From: a virus | Lineage: Duplodnaviria > Caudoviricetes | DNA length: 30,339 bases | Virus record (IMG/VR): IMGVR_UViG_3300012921_000065 | Location: 1-30,339 of that record | Strand: one strand, 5' to 3' | Shown here: positions 1 to 7,798 of the stretch, piece by piece | Position numbering within the stretch: the stretch's first letter is position 1 | How the letters are laid out: every line of letters begins with the position of its first letter | Program-made: the position numbers and the translations under genes | The notes under the pieces: model-generated | The model's database searches: none | Told to the model about the DNA's origin: nothing | Seen by the model: the letters and a program-made list of their open reading frames with translations, nothing else

Positions 1-225
1 ATGACCCCCGCCCTACTCCGCGAGGCCGGAATGCTGCTCTACGGCGACCGCTGGCAGTCCGCGCTAGCCGACGCGCTAGGCAACCGGCGCGACACGGTTC
101 GGCGCTGGGGCAAGCGCGAGGCAATCCCGCCCGGCGCGTGGTCGGATATCGTGGCGCTTGTCAACGAGCGTCGCAACGCGATTGCGGCGTGGTGCGAAGC
201 CAACAAAACAACGTCAGGGCCGTGA
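1..225 (+). CDS. small HTH DNA-binding protein
   Basis: 74 aa with HTH-like WQSALADALGNRRDTVRRW; converges on the lysis cassette; starts at the window edge. Confidence 0.7.
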   Translation: MTPALLREAGMLLYGDRWQSALADALGNRRDTVRRWGKREAIPPGAWSDIVALVNERRNAIAAWCEANKTTSGP

Positions 226-256
226 CGCTAGCTAGTCAACGCTTGGGCGCCGCTAG

Positions 257-361
257 TCAACGCCACGTCACGACCGCCGCCACTATCGCCAGCCCGAGCA
301 CCCAAACGATCCACCCGCCCGGCGCGTTGTTTTCGGGCGACGGCAGCGGCGGCGGGCACAT
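257..361 (-). CDS. 34-aa single-TM peptide
   Basis: ATG at 361, 1 nt after the holin stop; MCPPPLPSPENNAPGGWIVWVLGLAIVAAVVTWR. Confidence 0.45.
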   Translation of the reverse strand: MCPPPLPSPENNAPGGWIVWVLGLAIVAAVVTWR

Positions 362-362
362 G

Positions 363-818
363 CTATTTGGTCCGATGCGTCGCGACGCCCGCCAGCTTTT
401 CGACCGTGCGCGGGATCGAGACACCGAGCAAGCACCCGATGAGCGCCAGCACGTCGCCAATCCCGAGTTCGGGGCGCGGCACCAGCGCGCCCGCCTGGAA
501 GCACGCCCAAACCCAAAGCGCCATTCCGACAAGGAACGTCGGGATGAAATAGCAGGCAATCGAGGCCACGCAAACCCACAGAAGCGCGGGCCTCGCACCG
601 GCCACGAACAGCGACGGATGCCTGGCCTCGATCTTGTTGATGTCGCGTTGATCTTGCATCGCCTTTGCCACGTCGGCGCGCGTTGCCTCCTCGAATGCGG
701 CCTTCTCTTTCGCCGCCAAATTCTTGTCGGGCACGAGGCGGTCGATCAGCGTTTCGACGGCACCAAAAATCGGCTGCAAGGGGTTAGCGCCCTTGAGCAA
801 ATCGCCAAAGAGAGACAT
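363..818 (-). CDS. holin, GTA_holin_3TM-like
   Basis: Start re-called at 818 (GAGGT RBS); LIDRLVPD...INKIEA..SLFVAGARPALLWVC...RTVEK pattern typical of the 3TM gene-transfer-agent holin family. Confidence 0.85.
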   Translation of the reverse strand: MSLFGDLLKGANPLQPIFGAVETLIDRLVPDKNLAAKEKAAFEEATRADVAKAMQDQRDINKIEARHPSLFVAGARPALLWVCVASIACYFIPTFLVGMALWVWACFQAGALVPRPELGIGDVLALIGCLLGVSIPRTVEKLAGVATHRTK

Positions 819-829
819 CGCGACCTCGT

Positions 830-857
830 TTGTTTTTCGCTTGGGTTGTGGTAGAAG
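830..857 (+). promoter_or_regulatory. putative sigma70-type promoter for the structured RNA
   Basis: TTGTTT(830-835)-N16-TAGAAG(852-857) with extended -10 TG; TGTGGTA core shared with 4430-4436. Confidence 0.35.
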
Positions 858-859
858 AT

Positions 860-1095
860 GCGCGCGGGGCTTGGCGACATTCCCTGCTCGGACGCGGCGG
901 CGAAAGCCGTAACGGTCACTGGCGGTCCCTTGCAGGCTCCGGTCTCGCGAGCGCCCTGCAACCCGTTTAATCCCGTAGCCGGAGCGCACCGGCCCGCGTC
1001 GCTTTGCTCGCCCAAAGGCCGTCGAACTTGGCCGCGCGTACCGAGGTGCGCTTGGGTTAAGCGGGGTCGCTGCCTGACGTGGCGACCCCGCCACC
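860..1095 (+). ncRNA. candidate structured non-coding RNA, family unknown
   Basis: Intergenic run of hairpins including a GAAA tetraloop; the imperfect pairs are G-U on + and A-C on -. Confidence 0.5.
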
Positions 1096-1100
1096 CTTGC

Positions 1101-1301
1101 TCATCGCGAGCGCTCGCAAGTCGCGACGAACGCGCGTAGCTGGCTGAGCGGGATCAGCGCGAATTCGCTGCCGACCAGGACACAAACGCAGCTTTCGGGG
1201 TGCTGTGCCATCGCGCGCGCGGCGTTCAATCGAGAGACCGGGCGCACCGCGTAGTAGACAAAATCGGCTTGCGGCGCCGCGTCTTTGCTTTGGCCGGGCA
1301 T
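1101..1301 (-). CDS. hypothetical protein (66 aa)
   Basis: ATG at 1301 directly after the endolysin stop; MPGQSKDAAPQADFVYYAVR... Confidence 0.6.
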   Translation of the reverse strand: MPGQSKDAAPQADFVYYAVRPVSRLNAARAMAQHPESCVCVLVGSEFALIPLSQLRAFVATCERSR

Positions 1302-1302
1302 G

Positions 1303-1749
1303 TCAGGCGGGATGTAGCGCCATATCGACGCCCGCCGCGATATCTTCGAGCGCAAACCAATCCGCGCCGCCCGGTCGATAGCCGCTTTCCTTGCGCGCGA
1401 TTGCCGAGCAAAGCACGATCATCGTCGCCCGGTTTTCGACATCGATTGTCTGATCCGGCTCGCATTGCAGAAGCCGCGACACGAACGCGATGTATTTTGG
1501 CGTGTCGTTTTCTTTCGGTGGCGCATAGCGCGAAATGATGCCTGCGACGGTCGTGAGGCCGTATGCGCGCTTGTAGGTCAACAGCGTGCGGGCAATCGCG
1601 CGGAATCCATGGGCGGCTGTTTCGTATTCCTCGAACTCGGAATCGTCGTCGGTCGCGCGCTCGCCCACCCACTGCGTTTTGTCGCCTGCGGCTTCGCGAA
1701 TGTTGCCGGGGTTATTGTTGCGCACTGCGCGCGGGATTTTGGCCGTCAC
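1303..1749 (-). CDS. putative endolysin / lysozyme-like protein (RNNNPGN family)
   Basis: GTG overlapping the upstream TGA; motifs RNNNPGNIR, GFRAIARTLLTY, IISRYAPPKENDT..YI; located in the lysis cassette. Confidence 0.75.
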   Translation of the reverse strand: MTAKIPRAVRNNNPGNIREAAGDKTQWVGERATDDDSEFEEYETAAHGFRAIARTLLTYKRAYGLTTVAGIISRYAPPKENDTPKYIAFVSRLLQCEPDQTIDVENRATMIVLCSAIARKESGYRPGGADWFALEDIAAGVDMALHPA

Positions 1750-1853
1750 GCGAAATACCAGATCAGCAACGCGGCGGCGACGAGGCCCGCGACCACGAGT
1801 TTCCAGTTTTCGAGGGCGATGCCGATCATGTCCAAGAGCCATGCTGCTTTCAT
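1746..1853 (-). CDS. 35-aa membrane peptide
   Basis: AAAGGA RBS; MKAAWLLDMIGIALENWKLVVAGLVAAALLIWYFA; stop coupled to the endolysin start. Confidence 0.65.
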   Translation of the reverse strand: MKAAWLLDMIGIALENWKLVVAGLVAAALLIWYFA

Positions 1854-1873
1854 GTGCGCTGTTCCTTTCGCTG

Positions 1874-2149
1874 TTACGGGTTTTGGCGCGCCGTCGCACG
1901 GTCGCGCATTTGGTCGATGTACCTGTCTTGAGCGTCGTTGCGGCGGTCCATGTCGGCGAACCGCTGCTGGTATTGGCCGAGCGTCACCATGATTGCTTGG
2001 CGCTCGGCCCGGTTGCTTTTGAGTTCGGCCCAGATTTCGGTTCCCAAGAACCCGAGCAACGCGGCGGCAAGCGGCACGCCGAGCACCGACATGACGCGGG
2101 CCGCGACCGTGAGCGTGCCGTTGCCCAAAAGGTTGTCTTTGGCGCTCAT
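1874..2149 (-). CDS. TM plus coiled-coil protein (holin/antiholin-like)
   Basis: ATGA-coupled start at 2149; one hydrophobic helix followed by a charged helical tail. Confidence 0.7.
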   Translation of the reverse strand: MSAKDNLLGNGTLTVAARVMSVLGVPLAAALLGFLGTEIWAELKSNRAERQAIMVTLGQYQQRFADMDRRNDAQDRYIDQMRDRATARQNP

Positions 2150-2481
2150 GCCTGCACCCATTCGAGCGCGGACTCATCCCAGCGCCAGCCGTCGCCGTCA
2201 GGCTTTGGCGTCGGCGGTTGCCAATCGTGGTTTGCGTCAAGCGACCACGACGGAAACGGGCGCGGCGCAATAAAAACATCGGCGCCCGCGTCGTAGGTGA
2301 AACCTGCGCCGGGGAACTGCTTGCGGATGTTGCCATTGTAGCTGCATTGCAGCCATTCGGTTTCGGCGCCAAACAGCGACTTGCAGAAAGCGATGCCCGC
2401 CGCTTCGTCGGGCGCGTCGGCATTGTTGACGACGATGACGCGCATTACCGTAGCGCCGTCCATTTGCGCAAAGTGTGCCAT
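2146..2481 (-). CDS. tail-fibre/adhesin-associated protein (MAHFA...SYNGNIRK..G.GFTYD type)
   Basis: Recognisable phage family with W/P-rich C-terminus, commonly next to glycine-rich tail proteins. Confidence 0.75.
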   Translation of the reverse strand: MAHFAQMDGATVMRVIVVNNADAPDEAAGIAFCKSLFGAETEWLQCSYNGNIRKQFPGAGFTYDAGADVFIAPRPFPSWSLDANHDWQPPTPKPDGDGWRWDESALEWVQA

Positions 2482-3338
2482 CAGATCGTGATGCTCCCCG
2501 ATCCCGTGAACGTGTATTTGTGGAATCCGCCCGTGTTGGCGTAGGTCGGGCTGCCGGTCGTTGCCGCTGCGACCGGGAACGTGTTGGGCCAGCGCACGAT
2601 GACGACGCCAGAGCCGCCAGCGCCGCCGCCAGGGCTGATCCCGCCGCCAGCGCCGCCGCCCGTATTTGCGCTACCAGCAGCGCCCGCACCGCCGACCGAA
2701 CCGTTGCCGCCGCCGCCCGCCCCGCCCGCCCCCGCCGCGCCGACAGAGCTTCGAGCGCCGCCGCCGCCCGCATAGGTGGTGCCATCGAAGGCCAAGCCTG
2801 CGCCGCCGTCGCCGCCATTTGTGCCGCCCGTACCGCCAGCAGCGCCCGCACCGCCGCCGCCGCCGCCAGCACTCCCGCCCGCACTACTGCCGCCCGCGTT
2901 GCCCTGCCCGCCGCCCGTCGTAGCGCCGCCAGCACTTAGCGTGCCGCCGCCGCCGCCCGAACCGCCCGCGACGCCCGGCGTAAGCGAGGCGCCGCCACCA
3001 CCGCCGTCAGACGTGATCGCAGAGCCGCCGCCAACAGCAGAGGCGTTCCAGCTAGACGCAGAGCCGTTCGAACCGTCTGCCGTCGTCGTCGTCGCGGCAG
3101 CACCGCCTGCACCGACCGTCACCGTGTAAGCGATGCCCGGCACAACGGCGTAACTGGACGCGGTTTTGAAGCCGCCCGCACCGCCAGCGCCAAACTGCGC
3201 GCCGCCCGCACCGCCCGCGACAACGAGATATTCGATGGTCGGGGTTTTGTCGCTGCCGCCAACCGCAAACCCGATAAGGCTCGTGGTCGTCAGCAATTCG
3301 CAGAAGCGCGACCGCTCTAGTGTGTAATCGCGGATCAT
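2481..3338 (-). CDS. glycine-rich tail adhesin (polyglycine-II-type domain)
   Basis: ATGA-coupled start at 3338; EYLVVAGGAGG...YTVTVGAGG...GGSGVVIVRW...YTFTGSGSI. Confidence 0.8.
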   Translation of the reverse strand: MIRDYTLERSRFCELLTTTSLIGFAVGGSDKTPTIEYLVVAGGAGGAQFGAGGAGGFKTASSYAVVPGIAYTVTVGAGGAAATTTTADGSNGSASSWNASAVGGGSAITSDGGGGGASLTPGVAGGSGGGGGTLSAGGATTGGGQGNAGGSSAGGSAGGGGGGAGAAGGTGGTNGGDGGAGLAFDGTTYAGGGGARSSVGAAGAGGAGGGGNGSVGGAGAAGSANTGGGAGGGISPGGGAGGSGVVIVRWPNTFPVAAATTGSPTYANTGGFHKYTFTGSGSITI

Positions 3339-4390
3339 GCGTCGGTCGCCGCGTCGGTCGTGTAGTAGAGCGTGACGCCCAGCAAGCCCGCGTCGATTGC
3401 GAGCGTGTCGCCGCCCGCCGTGGCGTCGCGATAGATTTGGAAGCAAACCCAGTCTTGCGCGGCTGGCGTGCCGCCGATAGTCACGGCGGACGTGGCGTCG
3501 GAAATGTAGATATCGTTTGTGGTGCCGCCCGTGTCTGTCACGGTTTGCGCGGTGCCGAACGCCGTATCCGCTGCGTCGTCGTTCGAGAGCGCGACGCCCT
3601 GAATGCCCCACACGACGCCGAAATTCGTGGTCGTCGCCGCGTGCTTCCAGGTGAAGGCCGCAGTCACCGTCCCTTCGTTCCAGCTTTTCGGCATGCGAAC
3701 GCTGAATTGCGCGTACTCGATCGTCGTCGGGTCAAAATCGAGCGTGCGCAGCATCACGCGATTGGTTGCGGTTTCGACCGTGCCGCTTGCCGCGCCGTTC
3801 GTGGTGCGCGCCAGCATCGCACCTGCTGGGACGTAGATCGTATTCAGGCCGCCCGTGTACGGCGTGACGGAAACCGACACGCGCTGAATCTGGAACGCTG
3901 TGCCGTCGTAGGTGGCCTCGTAAAGTTTGTTCGCCGCAATGTCGTCTGCCGCGAGTGCTGCGTCGTTAAGCTGCAGCGCGCGCACCGTGAGGCCCGAGAT
4001 TGCGACAGTTGCGGCGCCCGTATTGGCCGCCGCGCTGGCCTTGAAGCGGAATTTCTGGCCGGTCGCGTATGCCGTGATCGCCGGGCTTGGCGTCAGCGTC
4101 AGCGCGTCCGCCGTGCCGCCAGCCGTGCCGCACCACACGAACGCGCCGTCCTGCGCCTGCCCTGCCGCTGCGTAGTCAGTGCGCGCCGCCGCATTGCCGA
4201 CGCCCGTGTGCCGGTAGGTTCCCATCGGCAGGTTGGCGCTCGGCACGGTCTGCCCGTCTTTGGACAGGGATTGCGTGAGGGCGGCCGCAATGTCGGAAAA
4301 GTCGGAGTTGACCGCCGTGCTGCTGATGACCGTGCCCGACACAAACGGGGCTTGCGGGAGACTGTAGGTGCCAGTGCCGTCGCGTGCCAA
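3335..4390 (-). CDS. tail fibre protein
   Basis: TTG start at 4390 with GGAGG RBS; N-terminal RDGTGTYSLP...ISST..NSDFSDIAAALTQSLSKDGQT...LPMG podoviral fibre anchor. Confidence 0.8.
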   Translation of the reverse strand: MARDGTGTYSLPQAPFVSGTVISSTAVNSDFSDIAAALTQSLSKDGQTVPSANLPMGTYRHTGVGNAAARTDYAAAGQAQDGAFVWCGTAGGTADALTLTPSPAITAYATGQKFRFKASAAANTGAATVAISGLTVRALQLNDAALAADDIAANKLYEATYDGTAFQIQRVSVSVTPYTGGLNTIYVPAGAMLARTTNGAASGTVETATNRVMLRTLDFDPTTIEYAQFSVRMPKSWNEGTVTAAFTWKHAATTTNFGVVWGIQGVALSNDDAADTAFGTAQTVTDTGGTTNDIYISDATSAVTIGGTPAAQDWVCFQIYRDATAGGDTLAIDAGLLGVTLYYTTDAATDA

Positions 4391-4400
4391 AGTGGCCTCC

Positions 4401-4428
4401 AAACGAAAAAACCCGCCGAGGGGCGGGT
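4401..4428 (-). terminator. intrinsic terminator
   Basis: ACCCGCC-CCTC-GGCGGGT hairpin followed by TTTTTCGTTT on -. Confidence 0.75.
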
Positions 4429-4445
4429 CTGTGGTAAGGTCGGAT

Positions 4446-4529
4446 ATGCTTTCAACGCTTGGTTTGGCCGTCGCCGCAATCGTTGCCGCGTGCCTCGTGG
4501 CTGCGCTTATCGATTACTGGCGCCGCTAG
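4446..4529 (+). CDS. 27-aa hydrophobic peptide (candidate superinfection-exclusion moron)
   Basis: MLSTLGLAVAAIVAACLVAALIDYWRR; TAAGGT upstream; fills the intergenic gap; stop overlaps the convergent stop (CTAG). Confidence 0.55.
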   Translation: MLSTLGLAVAAIVAACLVAALIDYWRR

Positions 4530-6583
4530 TCGGTCTGCGCGCCCGCCGCGATTCCAGCGCCGCCCAAAAGCGCGCGCGCAAGGGCTTGATTGTTGGCGAG
4601 GCTTTTTTGGCCCTGTTGGCGTTGCGCCAGAAGCCGTGCGAGCTGCGCCGCGTTTTTCTGCTGGTCGGAATTGAACATGATCGGCCCGAGATAGTCTGCG
4701 GTCGCGCTGTTCATACCTTGCGCGCGGCGCATCGTGCCTTCGATGCCTGCGCGTGCTGCAGCCGGTAAATTGCCGGTCATCAGCGCCGATATAACGCCGC
4801 CTGGCGGGTCAATCATGCCGTCAGCCGCGTCGGCTTGGTTGCGCGCGGTTGGCGAACCCGCACCCGGCCCATACACGCGCTGGCCTTCAAACATGCCGTT
4901 TTCGCGCTGCATTAGCCCTTCGAAGCGGCGATAGGCGTCCTCATTCGGAAACGCGGCCTTGAGCTTGTCGCGAAACGATTGCTTGTTGAAGAACGTCGCC
5001 ACGGCGTTGCGGCCATCGGCGCTGCTTTCTACGCGGTCGCGGATCGCGCGCGACACGCCAGCGAGGAACATTTCTTTGTCGCCCGCCGACATGCCCTTGA
5101 CCATTTGGGCCGTAATCTCGTCATCGGGGCGGAACACGTTGCGGCCCTTGGCGAGCGCGTCCATGGCCTGCGAAGGCCCGGCCCAGGCTTGGCGCGCGGC
5201 TTTGTAGTCGGGATTGAGGTCGTCAAGCGTGCCGATATACGAGCGGCGGAATTCGTCAATGGCCTTGCCCGTACGATCCAAACGCAGCTTGCCCGTCACG
5301 CCGTCGCGATAGCCTTCGAGAATATCGTCCAAGCCCGCCTTGACCATATCGAGGGCGCGCATGTTGGGCTTGCCAACAAGCACGGGGTCGCCTGCGTCGT
5401 TGAACGTCACGCCCATTTGCTTGGGGTCGAACGGCTGCCCGCGCGCGACAGATTCGAGGCGTTGAATTTGGAAGCCACGCGCAAGGCCCTGCTTGGCAAT
5501 CGGGTCGTTGATAAAGTCGTCAACACGCGGCGACCACGCATTGCGCGACATAGCCGCCTCGTAAAGCGGTTGCGCCGCTGTAGCGCGCGACTTTTGCAGC
5601 GCGTCAACGGTGCCGTGCCAATCGGCGTTGGGCGACAAAAGCCGCATAACGTCGTCTGAAATACGATCCGCCTGCCCCGCCGTGCGCTCGCCAATCGCGG
5701 CTTGCGCGGTCTGCCGGGCCGCGCCCGGCGTTTGTGTCGTCATCGCGGCCAATCGGCGCACGTTTTCGCCGCCCATGTCGGCCAAAAACTCGGGGCGCGC
5801 ATCCTGGCCAACATTGGACATGGCGCGCCCGTAAACCTGTTCGATGCCCGGCCCGCCGCCCGCTGCGTCGCGCTCGAACGCGCGCAACAGTTGCCTGTCG
5901 CCGCCCGTCTGCGGATTGCGCAAGCCCACGGCGTCAAGCGCGCGCCCGCCGACACGGCCAACGCCGGTTGCGACAAGCGGGATCGCGCCGCCGATTGCGC
6001 CGCCAAGTGCAGCGCCTGCCGTCGCGCCTTCCAGACGGTTTTCAAGCCCGCCCTCACCCGAGCCAAAGCCCGCAAGCGCGCCGCCCGCTGCGCCCGCCTT
6101 GGCCGACTGCATCGCGGCCCCGGCAGTCGTCAACGGCTCTACGCCGCGCGCCATGTTGGCGCCAGCATTAGCCGCCATGGCGGGCGCGGCGCCAAGGAAG
6201 CCGCCGCCGATTTCCAAAGCGGGGCCAAGCACGGGATTGTCCTGCTTGAACTGGTCAACGCTCGCCCGCTCGCGGCCCGTGGTGCGATTGTAGGCGTCGC
6301 CCGCGTCGGATGCGGCCTCGCGCAAGCCCTTGCCGTCACGGGTCACGCTACGCAGGAAACGGCCCGCTGCAGCGCCCGCCCCCGCCGCCTCGTCGGCAAG
6401 CCCGAACGTCGCGCCCTGCAAAAGAGTATTCATGCCGCGCGGGTTGACGGTCTGCGCATCGGCTCGCGGTGCCGGGCCGCCCATTTGCGCGCGGATGGCC
6501 TGCGCCAGCGTGCGCGCGGCCTCTGCATCGCCCGCCGCGTCGGCGTTGACCAGGGCGCGTTTCATTTGTTCCAGATCGGCCAT
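4526..6583 (-). CDS. DNA ejection / internal virion protein (685 aa)
   Basis: Ala/Gly-rich helical protein with QGATFGLADE motif; last of the ejection genes before the tail fibre. Confidence 0.75.
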   Translation of the reverse strand: MADLEQMKRALVNADAAGDAEAARTLAQAIRAQMGGPAPRADAQTVNPRGMNTLLQGATFGLADEAAGAGAAAGRFLRSVTRDGKGLREAASDAGDAYNRTTGRERASVDQFKQDNPVLGPALEIGGGFLGAAPAMAANAGANMARGVEPLTTAGAAMQSAKAGAAGGALAGFGSGEGGLENRLEGATAGAALGGAIGGAIPLVATGVGRVGGRALDAVGLRNPQTGGDRQLLRAFERDAAGGGPGIEQVYGRAMSNVGQDARPEFLADMGGENVRRLAAMTTQTPGAARQTAQAAIGERTAGQADRISDDVMRLLSPNADWHGTVDALQKSRATAAQPLYEAAMSRNAWSPRVDDFINDPIAKQGLARGFQIQRLESVARGQPFDPKQMGVTFNDAGDPVLVGKPNMRALDMVKAGLDDILEGYRDGVTGKLRLDRTGKAIDEFRRSYIGTLDDLNPDYKAARQAWAGPSQAMDALAKGRNVFRPDDEITAQMVKGMSAGDKEMFLAGVSRAIRDRVESSADGRNAVATFFNKQSFRDKLKAAFPNEDAYRRFEGLMQRENGMFEGQRVYGPGAGSPTARNQADAADGMIDPPGGVISALMTGNLPAAARAGIEGTMRRAQGMNSATADYLGPIMFNSDQQKNAAQLARLLAQRQQGQKSLANNQALARALLGGAGIAAGAQTD

Positions 6584-7795
6584 TTACTGTCCGTATTTTT
6601 GCAAGAGCGCGTCGATGTCGGTGCCCGGTGCTTGCGGCTGCGATTGGCCGCCGCCGACTGCGGGCGCGACGTTGCGGAACTGCGACGTATCGAGCGGGGC
6701 AAGGCCGTAGTTGGCGCGCATGGCATCGACCTGGGTTTGCTTGAGCGCCGCCGCGCGCTCGTTGATGCGCCGAATCTCGTCAAGCCGCTGGCGGACGACG
6801 CGCGGATCGTTGATCGATTTGAAAAGCTCGCTCCATGCGCGCTGCGCGTCGCCTTCCGTCTGCACGCCGCTGTTGAGGCGCAGGCTGTCGTTGCGCAGTT
6901 TTTCCAGGCCGCTTTCGAACGACGCGAAGTTGGCGCTTTGCTCGCTCGAACGCCCCATCATGTTGCGCGCGCGATTTTGCAAATTCGTGATCGGGCCAAA
7001 ATCGAGCTTTCCTTGCTCCATCAATTGCGCAAAACGCCCAAGATCGGCGTTGATCGCCGACGTAAGGCCGATTTGTTCGACGGCCTCGTTTTGCAGTTTG
7101 AGCGCGGCGCCCGGCAGATTCTCGGCGCGCGCCTGCGGTTTCGGCGCTTGCTGCCCGGCCGCCTGCGACTGCGGCATGTAGACGGCGCGCGTCGGATCGT
7201 TGGGGTCCGCAACCTGGACAAGCGGGTCGGCGCGATTGCCCGCGCGCAATTGCGCGGCCTCAAGCGCGGTGCGGCGCTGCATGTCCGCCAGCATTGCTGC
7301 CTGCTGGCGCTGGGCGGCGGACTCTTGGCCACGAAACGCCAGCCCTTCGCGCGCTTGGCTTGCGGCGAATTCGCGCTGCGTCGCCACATCCTCGCGACGC
7401 GCGGCAATGTCGCGCTCGAAACGCTGCCCCTCGGCTTGCGCGCGGCGCTCGTCGGCCTGCTGTTGGGCCGTCATTTGCATGCCCTGCAATTGGAACTGCG
7501 GGGCCAAGTGTGCGGTCTGCGGATTCGCGGCCAAACGCTGCGCAATGCCCGATGCGTCGCCGCCTTGCGAAAGCGCGCTGTTCAAGCCTTCGGTAAACTG
7601 GCGCTGTTCGCCCTGGCGCTGCTCCTCGCCCTTGTTCGCGAGATACCCGCCCATAAGCGCCTGCGCAAGACGCGCCGCGCCCTGCCAGCCGCTTTGAATG
7701 GGCGCGCCGCTCGATCCTTCGGCCAAGAGCGAAGACGCAAGCCGGTCGCGATAGTCGCCGCGCCGCCCGCCGCCGTACAACGGAGATTGTGCCAT
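6584..7795 (-). CDS. DNA ejection / internal virion protein (403 aa)
   Basis: Q/A-rich coiled coil; IQSGWQGAARLAQALMGG N-terminus; synteny. Confidence 0.75.
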   Translation of the reverse strand: MAQSPLYGGGRRGDYRDRLASSLLAEGSSGAPIQSGWQGAARLAQALMGGYLANKGEEQRQGEQRQFTEGLNSALSQGGDASGIAQRLAANPQTAHLAPQFQLQGMQMTAQQQADERRAQAEGQRFERDIAARREDVATQREFAASQAREGLAFRGQESAAQRQQAAMLADMQRRTALEAAQLRAGNRADPLVQVADPNDPTRAVYMPQSQAAGQQAPKPQARAENLPGAALKLQNEAVEQIGLTSAINADLGRFAQLMEQGKLDFGPITNLQNRARNMMGRSSEQSANFASFESGLEKLRNDSLRLNSGVQTEGDAQRAWSELFKSINDPRVVRQRLDEIRRINERAAALKQTQVDAMRANYGLAPLDTSQFRNVAPAVGGGQSQPQAPGTDIDALLQKYGQ

Positions 7796-7798
7796 GTT

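Noticed and set aside
895-1080. Hammerhead, twister or c-di-GMP-I riboswitch match
   Set aside because: Fragments (GAAA, CTGAC, GGTCCC, CCGGTCT) are present but not in the required order or pairing
1063-1093. tRNA/tmRNA-like acceptor end (GGGGTCG...CGACCCC-GCCA)
   Set aside because: No T-loop, D-arm or anticodon arm; it is a simple hairpin and is treated as part of the ncRNA candidate
2581-3129. Proline-rich + strand ORFs
   Set aside because: Reverse complement of the glycine codons of the adhesin gene
2146-4390. Diversity-generating retroelement targeting the tail fibre
   Set aside because: No reverse transcriptase and no TR/VR repeat pair seen in the window
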